From assembly GCA_000165425.1 (NCBI GenBank), contig CT868021.1:62001-126000 (forward strand): DNA of 64,000 bases, written 5' to 3'. This DNA is from Paramecium tetraurelia (taxonomy: Eukaryota). The first letter of the stretch is position 1. Each line of letters opens with the position of its first letter. Below the pieces are notes generated by a model. The model made no database searches. It saw only the letters and a list, made by a program, of their open reading frames with translations, and was not told the origin of the DNA. Shown here one piece after another: positions 14,030-28,193 of the stretch. Made by a program: the position numbers and the translations under genes.

Positions 14030-15053
14030 TCACTGATTTAACAATAAAATGTTGTTTTTCTTTCTCTATGATTCTTCAAATGATCTTGATGCTTCTTCAT
14101 AAATACTCAAGGAAGCTTTCATTATACTCATCATCTATTTTTTGACTTTTATTTACCAGATTTATATTTCTTCATTTTATACAATTTGGATTTGCCTCTA
14201 CTGTTATGTTTACACATTTGAATTAAATTGAATTATAAGATAAAACTATAGAAATAACAAAATCATCACTCTAGGTTTAATGCAATTTTTTTCAACATTA
14301 TCATTTTTGATTAGTCTTTTTCATATTCTTCCATTCGTTTGAGTTTATTTTATCCCTCAATCAGTCTCTCATGCATAACCTAAATCTTTTGATTTTCCTT
14401 CTGCAATTTCATTCTAATTTATGACTTTAATGAGGTGATCTCTTCTAATGCCATCTATAATTCATTGATATCTATTTTTTATCTGAAGATTTCCCTTATG
14501 ATCTTTAATTCTCTACAATTATGAACCTAACAGAAACCTTGAACATTTTTTTCTGAATGTTCTATGATTTCTTGTATTGTCTCCGAATTACTGCTTGTCA
14601 AAGAGGCGAATGAAATATCAGAAAAGTCATCCTCTTTTAATATTTGCATTTATTATGGAGTAGAAATTTATTCCTGTCCACTTTGATATTTAACTTTAGT
14701 TTAACTACTGATTTCATTTTCACTAGAAGGTTTGCTTAATTTCTTAGTTGTATTTCTTGATCTCGACTAATCAGCCGCTTTCGATACTTAATGTTTATGC
14801 ATTCCAATCAATTACTGCAACCTCTCTTTGTACAACCCGTACTCTCGTTAAGAATAATTCTTTCTCCAAAGTTCAATTACTTCTTGTGAAAATTCTATTA
14901 ATCTCTTATTTAGTTGATTGAAATCGATTTTAAAGTCTGCTAACTATATAGTTCTTTCATTAAGTTTACCTTTTCGGCTTCAATTTAAGCATTATGAAGT
15001 TAATCGACAACCTTATTAATAAGAGATTTTCTTAAATCGTTATCATAAAGCAT
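14030..15053 (-). CDS. Uncharacterised coiled-coil protein (boundaries approximate)
   Basis: ATG 15053 MLYDNDLRKSLINKVVDQLH, 26-nt GT..AG intron near 14945-14970, Q/E/K-rich frame. Confidence 0.5.
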
Positions 15054-15391
15054 CTTGAAATAATAAATAAATTTATTGCAAAAATAATTTAAGTTAGTAA
15101 TATAACATGGGATCAAGTTTAAATATGAAATTATTCAATATTAGAAATCTTAACTCGTTCTGTGTTATTAATTTTAAATTTTTAAAGGAGAATTAATATT
15201 GATTTATTGATTTCCAAGTTATTTGAATGATTTTGAGAGTTGGAGATGTACATCTAATGGATAGAACTATTTTATGATATATTTTATGATTCAGAATATA
15301 TGTGCGATAATTATTGAGATTAAATTTTCAAATATTCATTTATTTTAATTGAATAAATAAAATATGTAAACAATATAAAAATATGATTTGT

Positions 15392-16207
15392 TCACTTAGC
15401 GAAATTCGAATAAACTCTTTACATTCTTCTGTCGATTTACAATAAAGGAGGCAATTTATTGCTCTTAGCTACTTATTAGTTGATTTTCAACGGGGATTCT
15501 GCATTTGATGTTCGAACACTATTATTACGTAATCTGAGCAATCTGCAAATTCTTATATCATTGTATTTAAACGATTAATAGACTGGGCTTTTTTTAAATT
15601 TTTCATCTTCCGATCTTTTTGTTTTGGATTCTTGCTTATTGTCTTGTGCATCTATGTATTCAGCAAAAGTAGATAATTTGAATTAACTGCCAGCATTTCT
15701 CCTTCTTTTCCTCGTAGTATCTATGGGAATCTTAGGAGTTCCTAATTAGAGATGGCGAGTCTATAGATTTAATTTGAATTGTTCTGATTGATCCTTTTTG
15801 TACCTCAATAGGAATATGACGAGGAATATGTGTTTTCTCCATAGTTTTGTAATGCCTTCTCTCTGATGCATTTTGATAGAATGAAAAGGCAGGGATAGGA
15901 GAATTTGCTAATCCCTTTGATTGAGATGGCCTTCCTGGGTGTTTTAGGAACTTCTCGATCTTACATAATATTTAATTCTATATTATTGATGGGATGAGTA
16001 CTTTGAGAATTTGGATATCTTATCGTTGAATTGAGAGAACTCGTTTAATTTGGATTAAAATGCTATATTAACTTTGGACAAGTGTTTTCTGATTGCAAAA
16101 GGAGATTTCTGGTTTTCGCATCTTAGATTGATAGTGGACTTATTAAATTGTTTCAGAAAGTGTTAATCCAGATCATTTTGGTACTAATGTCGAAGATTTC
16201 TGAACAT
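15392..16207 (-). CDS. Uncharacterised protein
   Basis: Uninterrupted 271-aa ORF in ciliate code containing KLWRKHIFLVIFLLRY. Confidence 0.65.
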
Positions 16208-16222
16208 ATTAATTATAAAAAA

Positions 16223-17726
16223 TCATATGAAAGTAATTTATTATTAATTTAGTAATTTTTTAGCATATCTGATTAGTTCCCTCTTTTAGTACTCCAAGCT
16301 GAGAGCGATCCCATTCTTCTCATGAGTCAACCTGATTTACTCTAAGTTGTTGGCGAATTTTCGATTTCTAATTTTTTCTCTGTTCGTATAAGAGTTGTCA
16401 AATTTCATTTCCAATCGTTATTTAATAATTTGTTCAAGTGGAAGCTTCTATTGAAATTAATCCAATCTGACAATAGGAGCTCTTCTCTGAGTGGTACTTG
16501 CTTTTTGGGAGTGCAATTTAATTATGGTGGCCAATTGTGTTTATTTCATTTTCTATATTGAAGGCATTTAATTGTATTCAGCGATGCTTTCATACTCTTC
16601 AGTTACTGATATTGGAGTTGGAATTTCAAATGAAAAGTTAACACCCTTCAAAAACGATTGTAACATGTCTTCGAGAGTAAGATCAATTTCAATGATCCTT
16701 TGATTGGGTACACACTCAAAATCATTGGATATCAAATACTAATTTTTTACTGATCTTTTTGAGAAATATTACTAATTTTAACATTAGACAAATTTCAATG
16801 GAAAATTAACAGCCTTGGAGAATATATGTAGGCCTAGTTTCTTTTCTTGTTGTGGAAACATGTTTAAGATCTGTTCCATTCCTTTTTTGGATACCTATCT
16901 TAAAGAGGACTGTTCCTTCTCGTAGTTTCCCTTCATGCTCTTCTCATGCAATGACTTGGCTGTCTATAATTCATAATTAAGAAAACACAATTTGCCTAAC
17001 TCTTCATAGCAAATAATCTCCTAATCCAAATCCTTTACTAGCCAAGAATATTCCAAGGACTTAGCATTATCATATTTATAATTACTTTTTTGATGAATAT
17101 TTTTCCGATATCGTATTTTTTGATGTATTTGCATAGAATTCCTATTTGGAGGAAAGTCCATTAGATCACATCTAGTTGGCGAGTGAATTCGCTTAGAAAT
17201 TTACAATGCTGGAAAAATAGAAGTGCTTTTGTCCATTCTTGAAATGAAATAAAGGTTAATGCACATAAACGCATAAAAGTGATCAGTAAATCAATGTTAT
17301 CTTGTTCAACTGCAATCACCATCAAATTAAACAGACCTTATGAAACATGGTTATTTTACTTTCAATGACACCTATTTGGTAGTTGGATTTTAGACAATCA
17401 GCCAATTGCTTTTCAAAATGATACAACATTCCTAACTGAGAAGTAATAGACTGGGGTGTTAGTATTGACTTCCTTGAATAAATGTAGCTGTTCTTTGGAC
17501 TTAACGAATTTATGTGAAGTCTGGAGAGAGATCTTTGGGTTGACATTCTGGGGGATTAGATTTGTTCGTTCTCCAAGAAAAAGAAGTTCGGTTTGAATGG
17601 ACTTTGAGGTTATTCAAAAGCTTGGAATCTGGCTGTCGATAACTAGCTATCGAACACTTCAGATAGCACTCCTGAAGTGTTTTTGATTTGAAATGAAAAG
17701 ACTCTGTTTTTCTTATTTTAATTCAT
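16223..17726 (-). CDS. Uncharacterised protein
   Basis: ATG 17726 MNQNKKNRVFSFQIK, Ser-rich N-terminus; C-terminal frame traced to ...LIRYAKKLLNQQQITFI-TGA at 16223. Confidence 0.6.
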
Positions 17727-17835
17727 TTACAATATAAATAATAGTAAACTAATATGAAATCAGTCACAATTTTATTAATCTGCATATATTATTTAAGAAA
17801 CATATTTAATATATTGTATTGTACAATTATGTAAA

Positions 17836-18250
17836 TCATTAAACTTTTGTGATCTCTGTCTTGAGGTTTGCGAATGTGTCAACTGGAACATACTGAGCAA
17901 GAGTGTAATATTTGCCTTTTCCGTCGTCTTCTTCCTTCTTCTTTCTCTATAGTCTGCATAGGATAAGTCAATTGAATATACCTGACTCTGATTCTTCTTG
18001 GCAAATTGCGGATACCAGTCTTCCAAACTGCTTCATTCAATTGTGGATCAACTCTAACATCCTCTGTCAACATATTCTTTTGAGCTGTTCTATTAATCTT
18101 CACTCACATACCAAATCTAATAATGTGACTGACTGCACGAGGAGCCTTTCTCTTGAATGTTTCCTTGTGAACAGCCTTATGAAGATTAATAGTATAATCT
18201 CTGCTCACTTCCCCCAATGGATTTGGCTTTCCCTTTTCCTTTTTGCCCAT
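17836..18250 (-). CDS. RPL31: 60S ribosomal protein L31 (eL31)
   Basis: RDYTINLHK...FKRKAPRAV...[27 protein letters not shown]; two tiny introns. Confidence 0.97.
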
Positions 18251-18301
18251 AAATTAAAATCTTTAATATATTTTTTAAATTCATACAGTCTCATCTAGTA
18301 A

Positions 18302-19080
18302 ATGCGCAAGAACTCTTTGATTGAAAGTCTACAATCCTTAAGTATGTGATTAAATAACATTCAATTCATTAGTAATCTGCTGTTTGAAATCCAAAAATAT
18401 TATTTATTGTTTGTGTCAGCTGGAGCATTACTAGATTTTCTAAAGAAGGACAATAGAGCAATTCAGTTAAAGGCATTTGGGATGAACACTGTCTGATAGT
18501 CACTATTACTTATAGATTAATTAATAAAAAGCAGTTTGAACCATTCAGACACTGGAAATAATTGTAGACTATAAATGATGATTCCATGCATCTATAAATA
18601 TACCTTAAATTTAAATAGGAGAGTACAAGTAGAAATTAAATTCTATGATAATTCGATATAGGAATATAAAACCAAAAGAAGTTCAAATATCTATTAGATC
18701 ATTATTGGCAGAGATGCTAATAATTGAATACCAGGTTTTTAATGTCCTATTTAGATTTAAACTTTAGAATTCACAATTGTGTTTAGAATATTAGTGAAGA
18801 TACAAAAACGTAAATCTATTGTAATAAAACTCCCTTTATATTTGTTATATTAAATTAAACAAAAGTTATAAATATTTTAGAGAAGTGCATTTAAAATCGT
18901 TCTTTAGATATGAATTCATAAAAATAGATATTCTAGTTATTAGCTATCGTGGATGCATGATGAAAAGAACAGAAATTGATAGAAATTGTGACCTAAATAT
19001 TTGGTTTAGGAAGATCAGAAAAAAGAATATTTGTGTGATAAATTAGATGATCATATTATTTTTCAATACAAATTTAATAT
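18302..19080 (+). pseudogene. Possible decayed gene (kinase-hinge-like and FHA-like fragments)
   Basis: Long frame broken by in-frame TGAs (~18495, ~18725) with fragments FVSAGALLDFLKK and IIIGRDANN; no intact model found. Confidence 0.3.
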
Positions 19081-19102
19081 TAAAGTGTATTTAGTGTTTT
19101 AG

Positions 19103-20727
19103 ATGTTACCAAAAAATGAAATATTTATGGGAAATGTTAAATTGACTAGATGTAAAAGTGAACAACAATTGCAAAACCAGAAAATAATGACTAACAATGC
19201 TGAGAAGGTCTTTCGGAATCTCAAACCCAGGGATCATTTTGTCATTTAAATGTCTAAATCGGATGAATTAGGAGAGACAATAAAATATCACACTCACTTG
19301 GAAGAAACTCAAAACAAGTAAGCCATAAAAGATAGGCTGATCGAGAACTTTAATAAGAAATTAGATTTAGCGAAGATTTTTTAATTATAGATCTCCGATG
19401 TACAAGGAGGATTGAAGACATAGGAGGCGGTCAATAACGATGATGTCTATATTCAGATAGAAAGTCCACCAGTTGTTGGCGCATAAGAGAATGACAAGAG
19501 ATAAGTAACTCTTATAGACTTTGAAAAGAATTCCAATGAGGATAATAATAACGAGGGATAAAGTAAAAATACACTGTATATCAAGAATTATCTGTAGCCA
19601 TCTTAGTTGCTCCTTCAGAGTTGTCGTCGGAATAGAACATCGATTACAATAATCAATCTGAGGAGATATAAATTCAATCATTTGATCAAGAAAACACATG
19701 TCCCATTTGCAGTTCATCCTTTGAGAAAATCGTCAGGCTCTTAGAATGTGAACATAAGTTCTGCACGTATTAACTTATCTTATTTGAAGGAGTTGTTACA
19801 AAGAATATTTAGAAAATAAAATCAAGATTGCCAAAATTAATAACGTAACCTGTCTCTAAGAAGGTTGTACAACAATATTCTCAGAAGATATTATTGAATA
19901 ACTTGTGAACGAACAGAAATTCCAATAATATTTGGTTTTCAAGAGAAAGTATGAAATTGAGAATGATCCTACTAAAAAATGGTGTCCAGCTTAAGGTTGT
20001 GATCGTTTCATCGAAAAAGATCCAAGAACCAAAATAGTGTAATGTCAATGTGGTTCATTGGTCTGTTTTAATTGCGGACAACTTGCCCATCAAGGAATGT
20101 TGTGTGAGGTAGTTATCATTGGTTTAAGACAATTAGGATGCAATTTAAGGCGATTTTAAATAGGCCTTAGTAAAATATCTAATTAAGTATTGTCCCAAGT
20201 GCAAATCGCACATTCAAAAAAATGCTGGGTGTAACCATATGACTTGCAATTGTTCATTTCAATTCTGCTGGGCTTGCTTATAACCGTATCACCAGTATCA
20301 TTACAGGTACTGGTCCCTCAAGGGATGCGCCAGTAAATTGTCTTATTGATAGTAGTTTGGTCTGATGGTCGTTTCAAAACTTAAAAGGAGATCAGCAACC
20401 CTGATAAAATGAGGAAGATCTACTTTGCCCCTCGTTTGGTTCTTTATATTCTCCGGGGTCCTCTGCTGATTGTTAAGTTGATTATGCAAGCAGCCGGTAA
20501 GTCAATAGCGAAGCCTTTCTGTGCGATGAACAAGAGGTTGTGCAGATCATTGAAAACCAAGTTTTGGTATTGAATTGCTCCATATTAGTCTATTCAAATG
20601 CATATATATTCTATTTGCGGAATTGCTGATCTTGTTAATAGTAATACTAGTCTTTCCCTTTTACTTTGTATTCTATCAAATTGGCAAGGAAATATCATGG
20701 CTTTCAATTAAGGGGTGTGCTTATTGA
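19103..20727 (+). CDS. RBR (RING-IBR-RING) E3 ubiquitin ligase with C-terminal hydrophobic segments
   Basis: RING1 CPIC...CEHKFC..C; IBR KWCPAQGC...[11 protein letters not shown]...H; RING2 [19 protein letters not shown]...FCWAC; hydrophobic tail. Confidence 0.9.
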
Positions 20728-20784
20728 TTATTTATCATCTTAATTAATTTACTATAATTTAATTCACATAAATTTAATACATTG

Positions 20785-22085
20785 ATGGGCAATTGTTGTG
20801 GAGGCCATAATTTGACTACTGCCAATTTTTAGATAGCAACCTACGATTTGTCATACTCGGATCCATCGAAAATTGATTTGGGTCTCTTGAATCGCAAGGC
20901 TTTACAAATTTAAAGTATGTATTCAAAATAATCAATTCAGAATCTTATCGAGGCTATGTGGTGAGGAAGAAGATGAAGAAACAGCAGACCAAGGCCTTGG
21001 CCTAGACATGCGACGAAACCTTCATTTATTAATACAGATCGAATCAAAAGGAAAATGTGAAGAACTAACAAAATGTTTTGAAATTTAATATGGACGGCTA
21101 ACAGCATATACCAGTGTTCAATGTAAAAGAAGTTAATATCAGCTCGAGGTTCACCGACAAAATAAAAAGTGTAATTAATGCTCTTTAGATCAAAGGTTCT
21201 TGATAAGTTGGATCCATTCATTTTCGATCAGGATCATTTATTTGTTGAGTGTCCATTCTCCAAACCCTTGTTGATTGGCGATGTCATATACGAAGGTCAG
21301 TGGAATAATTGGTATCAGCTTTTGAATTATGCAAGTCAAAAACATGGGAGAGGAAGGCAATTTTGGATTGATGGCTCATATTATGAGGGGTATTGGTTCA
21401 ATAATTGTTAACATGGCAAGGGAAGATTGCTGTTGGCACAAGGAGATATTTATGAGGGAGAGTGGAAGAATGATAAAGTTCATGGTTTTGTAATATTGTT
21501 AAGTATTAATAGTAGGGTACTTACATTCATCAGAATGGAGCTAAGTATCAAGGACATTGGGAGAATGACAAATAGCACGGCAAGGGTAAGGAGTTCTGGC
21601 CAGATGGAGCTACTTTTGAGGGAGATTACAAGAATGGATAGAAGAACGGTGTGGGGATTTTGAGAGAGGCCGATGGGTCGGTTTATGAAGGAGAGTTTTA
21701 GGAGAATAGGTTCGAAGGTCAGGGAGACTATAAGATTGTAGGTGGGAAGAGATACATCGGGCAGTACAAGAACAATAAGATGCATGGAAAGGGGGTGAGT
21801 AGCCTTGTTTATCTTTATAGACTTTTTATTGGAGTGACGGCAAAAGGTATGAGGGGGACTATGTCAATGGTGTGAAATAGGGATATGGAGTGTTGTATTA
21901 CCCAGATGGGAGAGTATTTATGAAATAAATATGAGATCTTCAAAGGATATTGGTAGAATGGAAAGCAGCATGGGATCGGTATCTATATTGGGAAATCAAA
22001 GGTTGAAAAGGAAGGAGAGTGGATAGACGGGAAGCGTGTTAGGTGGATAAGGAAGGGAGGCGAAGTGGCGATAATTGAATCTTGA
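20785..22085 (+). CDS. N-acylated IQ-motif + MORN-repeat protein (copy 1)
   Basis: MGNCCGG start; IQ motif [15 protein letters not shown] after splicing; many [16 protein letters not shown] MORN repeats. Confidence 0.88.
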
Positions 22086-22276
22086 TTAATTATTTTTTTT
22101 TCTTTGGGATTTTATGTTAATTATTTTTTAAAAGTTTGATTAATTTTAAATCAAGTTTAAATTTATTTATTTTATCTTGAAATTAGTCGATAAAATAGTT
22201 GTGGAGTAAGAATGATTTAGTTGCAAAATTTATATAATTTAAGATAATTTTTATATTAATTACGGCATAACAGATT

Positions 22277-23648
22277 ATGGGAAGTTGTTGTGGTGGATAA
22301 TAAGGATGGTGTGGAGAACAAAAAGTACATACTAACGTAGGAGAGGGTTAATAGTAAGAACTAGATAAAAAAATGGATGATTAGTTGGATGAAAATTTAG
22401 TTAAGGAGAAGGCCACAAAAATACAAGGTAAATTCGGTTGGAATCATAATAGCTCATATAAGAGGACACAAGGCAAGGGAAGAGGTCAAGAAGATCAAGG
22501 AAAGTCAAAAAGGCTCAGAACAAATCTCGGATAATTGTATTAAATAAAGCAGTGAACCTAAAAAAATGGAAAGTCATCAATAATAGGAAGAGAAGGCCTC
22601 TGTGACAGCAAAAGAAGCTTTATACACAAAGGGTCCAGACTAAAGTGCTGGAGCAAATTAGCATGCTCCAAATGACAGAGTTAGAAAAATTGAAAGGGTA
22701 CCTGATTTTTTGACAGATCGAACTAGACAAGTATAGTGTAATTATACAAAGGTTTTGGAGAAATTAGAAGATTTTGTTTACGACCAAGATTAAGAGGAGT
22801 ACAAAGACTTACCACATTTGGGCCCTTACGAATTTGAGAACGGAAGTGTTTATATAGGCTAATGGAAGAATGGGTATGTTTTAGCATTTATTGTATCTAG
22901 ATAGAGACATGGCAGAGGAAAATAAATATGGTAGGATGGCTCCTTGTATGAAGGCTATTGGTACTAAAATGTGGCATGTGGAAAAGGAAGATTAATTCAT
23001 TCTGATGGTGATATTTATGAGGGAGAGTGGAGAAATGACAAGGCTCATGGATAAGTATGATTTTGATGTCATTTTAGGGAAAATATGTTCATATGGATGG
23101 AGCTCAATATATTGGGTAATGGGAAGATGATAGATAGAATGGGGAAGGTTAAGAAATCTGGCCTGATGGTGCTAGTTACTAAGGGCAGTATAAAAATGGA
23201 AAGAAGGATGGCAGGGGTACATTCAAATGGGCTGATGGCTCTGTTTATGTGGGAGACTTTTACTAAAACAATATTTAAGGATAAGGAGAATATAGTTGGG
23301 AAGACGGAAGAAAATACGTTGGAGAATGGAAAAATAATAAAATGGATGGCAAAGGGGTATGGTTATTTATATAAATCAAAGGTGTTTACTTGGTTGGATG
23401 GCAGAAGATATGAAGGTTAATATAAGGATGATAAAAAACACGGTTATGGAGAATTTAAATGGCCTGATGGTAGAGTATGAATTTTTAACGACTTTTAGGT
23501 TTATAAAGGTGATTGGTCAAATGGAAAGTAACATGGCAGAGGAATCTACATAGGTTCATCTAAAGTTGAAAAAGAAGGAGAATGGTAAGATGGTAAAAGA
23601 GTTAGGTGGATTCGAAGAGGAGGTCAACCAATCGAAGAAGGAAATTGA
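22277..23648 (+). CDS. N-acylated IQ-motif + MORN-repeat protein (copy 2)
   Basis: MGSCCGG start; IQ motif ATKIQAHIRGHKAR after splicing; MORN repeats; C-terminus [18 protein letters not shown] similar to copy 1. Confidence 0.9.
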
Positions 23649-24362
23649 AATTCACTTTTTATAACAGTTTCTTTAGAGAATTTTTTGTTTTTTTATTGTA
23701 ATTTCTATAATTATTATTTATATATTTATGTTATTTATTCAATAGATTTTAGAAATTATGAAACTTATTGACAACCAATTACAATTTTCATTTAATCTTC
23801 ATACATTCTCGGGTTCATCCACTTTTTAGCAATTTTCTTATTAGATCTGATATCTTAATTGTCTTATATTATAATACTTCCATATATTGATTCATTGTAA
23901 TAAATGCCCATCTAATGTTTTATTCTGATCTAACAAAACACGTAAAGTTAATTGATTTCACTAATAAGGTATATGTATTTATAAGATTATGTATATGCAA
24001 AATCATAGATAAGTTAACTATTGAAATGTTAGGTTAATGTGTGTATATTACGATTTTTGATACTCTTAATTTATGAGATTTTACCTAATAAGAATTATTA
24101 ATTGTAATTTTATGATATTTTGGAAATCAAAAATTCATTATCTTTTTTTATAATATAATAATATTATAAAAATTGATGTTCTTTAATATTATGTTATAGC
24201 AAATAACACTTCTTCTTGGTTTACTTATAATTTGGATTTATTTAACCTTTTACATATACATTTATAATGCAGAATTTCTTAAGAGCATTTTAATATTGAT
24301 AAAAATGATCTTATAAAATACTTCACACGTAAATTATTTATTCTAGAATATTTTTAATAAAT

Positions 24363-26638
24363 ATGTTGAAATTCATCTTATTAGGTGTCATGTGCACATT
24401 AAGTGTAGCTTTATTTGAGAATTCTTATCTCATTAAGCATGCCAATAACTTACAGGATTTCAAAGACATTTTAGGATCTGAATTTGTTTCATTTGTGTAT
24501 TTTTATTCGGAAAATTGTGAAAATTGCCAAAGAGCTGCTTCACTCATAGAAAAAGTAGCTGAAGAGTAAGAAGGCATAATAAATGTATATGGAACTAATT
24601 GTGATGAAATCAATAAGGATCCAAAATCTTGGCGTATATATGCAATCTAAATCTAGCAATTAAATACCATATTGCAGTTCTGATGTGATGTAACATTTGC
24701 CATAGATTACTTTCTTTGAGCCTCCCAATCAGCCAATTAACCCATATACAAAAGAAAAAATGATAGCTACAGAACATAGATTTTAAGGAGAAGCCTCTCC
24801 TTAGAGTTTGGGATAATATGGATACAAATTCATTCCAAATCATGTCATTAGAATAAATACATTGGAGGAACTCAAAAAATTCGAGACGTCTGATCCAAAG
24901 TTGAATAAAGTCATACTATTTACTAAAAGGAAGGAAACCTCTCCTTTACTCAAAGCTATGAATATACATTATTTGGAAAGAGTCAAATTTGGAGAAGTTG
25001 TAGCGACTCCAGAAACATAATCTCTATTAGACGAATTTGATATCAAGGAATTTCCACAAATAGTTGGATTAGAAAATAATGGAGATAATACATATAATAG
25101 AGATCTATTTGATGGAGATTTATTATTCAAACCAATTAAGAAATTCGTTAGGGGATTGGCTGCAAAAGATAGAATTCCATATGAATAAGTAAATGAGCAA
25201 TCAAAGAAATAAGAGGAAAGAAAAAACAGAAGACAAAAACAAGATGATTAAGATAATAATAATAATGATAATAACAATAATGAAAAATAAAATGTGATCA
25301 CTCCTACTAAATTAGACCAAGGTGTTTTGAATAAACAGTTATTAAGAAATGATAAACCAGCATTTGTGCATGTTTATAAGGAGACACCTCATAAGGCATG
25401 GGAGGAGACTATTAAAAAATATAAATCTTTATTTGATTATTATGAATTCCAAGTTAACACTCAAGAGGATGAAGAATTAGTCAAAGAATTGCAAATTAAA
25501 AGCTATCCTAGCATTAGATTTTATCAAGTAGGAAATACATAAAAAAAAAGAGCCTCCAAAATATCATTTACTAAAGAATATTCATTAGAGGAAATAAATA
25601 AAGACATATAAGAATTAATCGATGATAAGACTATTAATATTAATGAACAATCATTGTAGATGTAATTGAGTCAATATATTGCTGATAACAATATTGTTGT
25701 ACTATATTTCTATTAGACTCCATAAGTTGGATTAACTTATAGAGTCTTGAGTTAATTGCAAGAATATTATGGTAAGTATAAATTCCTATCCTTCAAAAAC
25801 GCATCTCAAAAGGTTATAGACCAATTTTAGATTCCCCATCAACCAGCAATTACTATTATCTTTAGAGATGTCAAGGATAAAAAGGAATTAGAAGAAGAAC
25901 TAAAACATGACTAAGTAAAACAAGCACTATTTACAGGGAAACACGGTTATGATGAAATCAAATCATTCTTAGACTCAGTATAATATTATTTAATATCTAG
26001 TTTGATGAATCCAAAAAGACGTCTAGCAAAAAGGTTTAAGAAATTCAAAATCAAGAGTAATTAGAAGAATATTGTGAAAAGAAGTAGACATTATGTTACA
26101 TTGCATTATTAAATGGTGAACATAAATCAGTGAAGCATGATGATATTTTGACAAAGTGGGAACACTAATTGGAAGTATTGGACAAAATCAAGAATATCCA
26201 TGGATCTAAGTCAGCATCTTTTGTTTTCATTGATGCATCTTGCCATGATGAGTTATTATTGAAATTCGATATTTCAGATGATTCGTTGCCCAATTTTGTT
26301 GCTTACTCTAGTAGCAAAAAGACGTAATTATTATTTATCATTTTAGTTATTCTAAATTAATTGGAAGATTCGATTATGATGCTATTAGTAAATTCATTGA
26401 CAAATAATACAAGGGGCAGTCTAGCAACATCAATATTAATTCTATTTAAATTGTAGAGAAGAATTGCGAGGAGATATTTCAAAAAAGGAAAGAGGCTAGT
26501 CAATCATCGGGATTATCCGATTTTGATGAAGAAATTTTGAAGGAGATATTGGAAGAAGAGAGATTAAAGAAGAAGGAGTTGGAAAAGGAATTGAAGAAAG
26601 GAAAGAAAAAGAATAAAAAGTCTAAAGATGATTTATGA
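24363..26638 (+). CDS. ER-resident multi-thioredoxin-fold (PDI-like) protein
   Basis: Signal peptide, FYSENCENC (CxxC), repeated Trx-like units (IKEFPQIV, IKSYPSIRFY), C-terminal KDDL retrieval signal. Confidence 0.8.
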
Positions 26639-26711
26639 TTTTGATTCAATATTCTATGTTGTAATTGTTTATATTTAAATAAATAATTATCAATATATGT
26701 TTGCTAAGAAA

Positions 26712-27807
26712 TCATCTTTTCAACTTGTCTTCATATTATTTGAATTTCTAATTCAACCAATCGTAGAATTCTGTACTTTCATTCTTTTTCTTTTCCCAAA
26801 GTGATCCTTTGTATTTTTTTGAATTAGATACCAATTTATCAAACATCACACCCTAACATTCAAATATTGATTTACTGCAAATTTTCGAAGCATATAATTT
26901 GGCAAGAAATCTGGTATGTATTTTAATTTTAAATCAATACAAATTACCAAACTGACAATGTGATGATCAAATGATATCGGTTTAACCTTTGTGCAAAATA
27001 CGTTTAAGTCAGCTCTCACATGTTTCGGTTCATCTGGAAAAGAAACTCAAAAGAAATAAATTGAATAAGTGTACCCATATCTTTTCAGTAATTTTGCTCT
27101 CTTATCGATCGAGTGACTCAAAATAAGAACACTTCCATCGTATTCAAGGTTGTTCACTCCCCATCCCTTTACACACAATTCTCTATCGGATATAACAGGG
27201 GGTGACGAATGCATATGTAGAATCTTCGTGGCTTTGTCCGGCTGCAAAATAGTCTTTGAGTCCTTGCAGAATGGAAACCATTAGGGGTATAGTTCTGTCT
27301 CATATATAAGGCTGATAAAGATGTCAAGAGGAATTTTGATTTCCGTGTCAATTCTAGCAACGACTCTTGGTGAATTGGGCAATTATTAATATCTAATCTA
27401 CATTCGGCTATCCTATTGTTAAATTGACCAACCATCTGATTGAATTAGTGTAATAAATACCCTATAGATCAAACCATTTGGTGAGTTCCTTGATTTCTTC
27501 TATGTCATCATCAATTAATTCAAAAATTTCCTTGGTGTAATTGATGTACTCATTGTCATTGGCATAGCTATGGAGAAGTTCTTACTTCATCGAATAGGCA
27601 GAAAAGTATTATTTGTCATCCAGCAAATATTTCAGCTGTTGCAATTCTGAAAGTTGTTATTTATTTGGAGAGATTTCAATTTATATTAATTTGATTGCTG
27701 ATGGAATAATGCAATCAAACTATGGTTCCTCTTCTTCTTCAATAACCAAGTTTCCTAATTATATCAAGTGTCTAATTAAAACACAATTTTTACTTTTTTA
27801 TAGACAT
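26712..27807 (-). CDS. START/Bet v1-like lipid-binding domain protein
   Basis: YETELYPQWFPFC, PPVISDRELCVKGWGV, VLILSHSID, DLKLKYIPDF; tiny introns. Confidence 0.7.
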
Positions 27808-28193
27808 ATTTTTTATTAACAAATATGAAATTATTCACTATTCCAAAATAAATACAACATAAAATATTCCGGCATTCCTACAGAAATATTTATCCCTAAT
27901 TACTAACAGATTACATTGAAATGCTATTTTCAACAATTAAAATTGCATATTTTCTGCAATAAAAATCAAGGGTCCCTTTCTATAGATTTCTAATAGAAAA
28001 ACAAATTAAAGATAAAAAACGAAAAAATCAATTATTAGGATATAATTATTAATATTTTTACAGTAATTGTTTTATTAGATTTCATTTATAATTTGATTGA
28101 GTTAATAATATGAAATCTCTAATTTACCATACAATATATTGATAACTTTAAGATCAATTTTATTGAAGAGTAGAATTAATTCTATTTATAAAC

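Noticed and set aside
17912..18298. 128-aa + strand ORF in the track
   Set aside because: Antisense shadow of RPL31.
21280..23600. Periodic repeats that could suggest a CRISPR-like or mobile array
   Set aside because: They are degenerate protein-coding MORN repeats with no identical DNA repeat-spacer structure.
25250..25285. (AAT)n-like microsatellite
   Set aside because: Ordinary Asn/Asp-rich linker inside the thioredoxin-fold gene.
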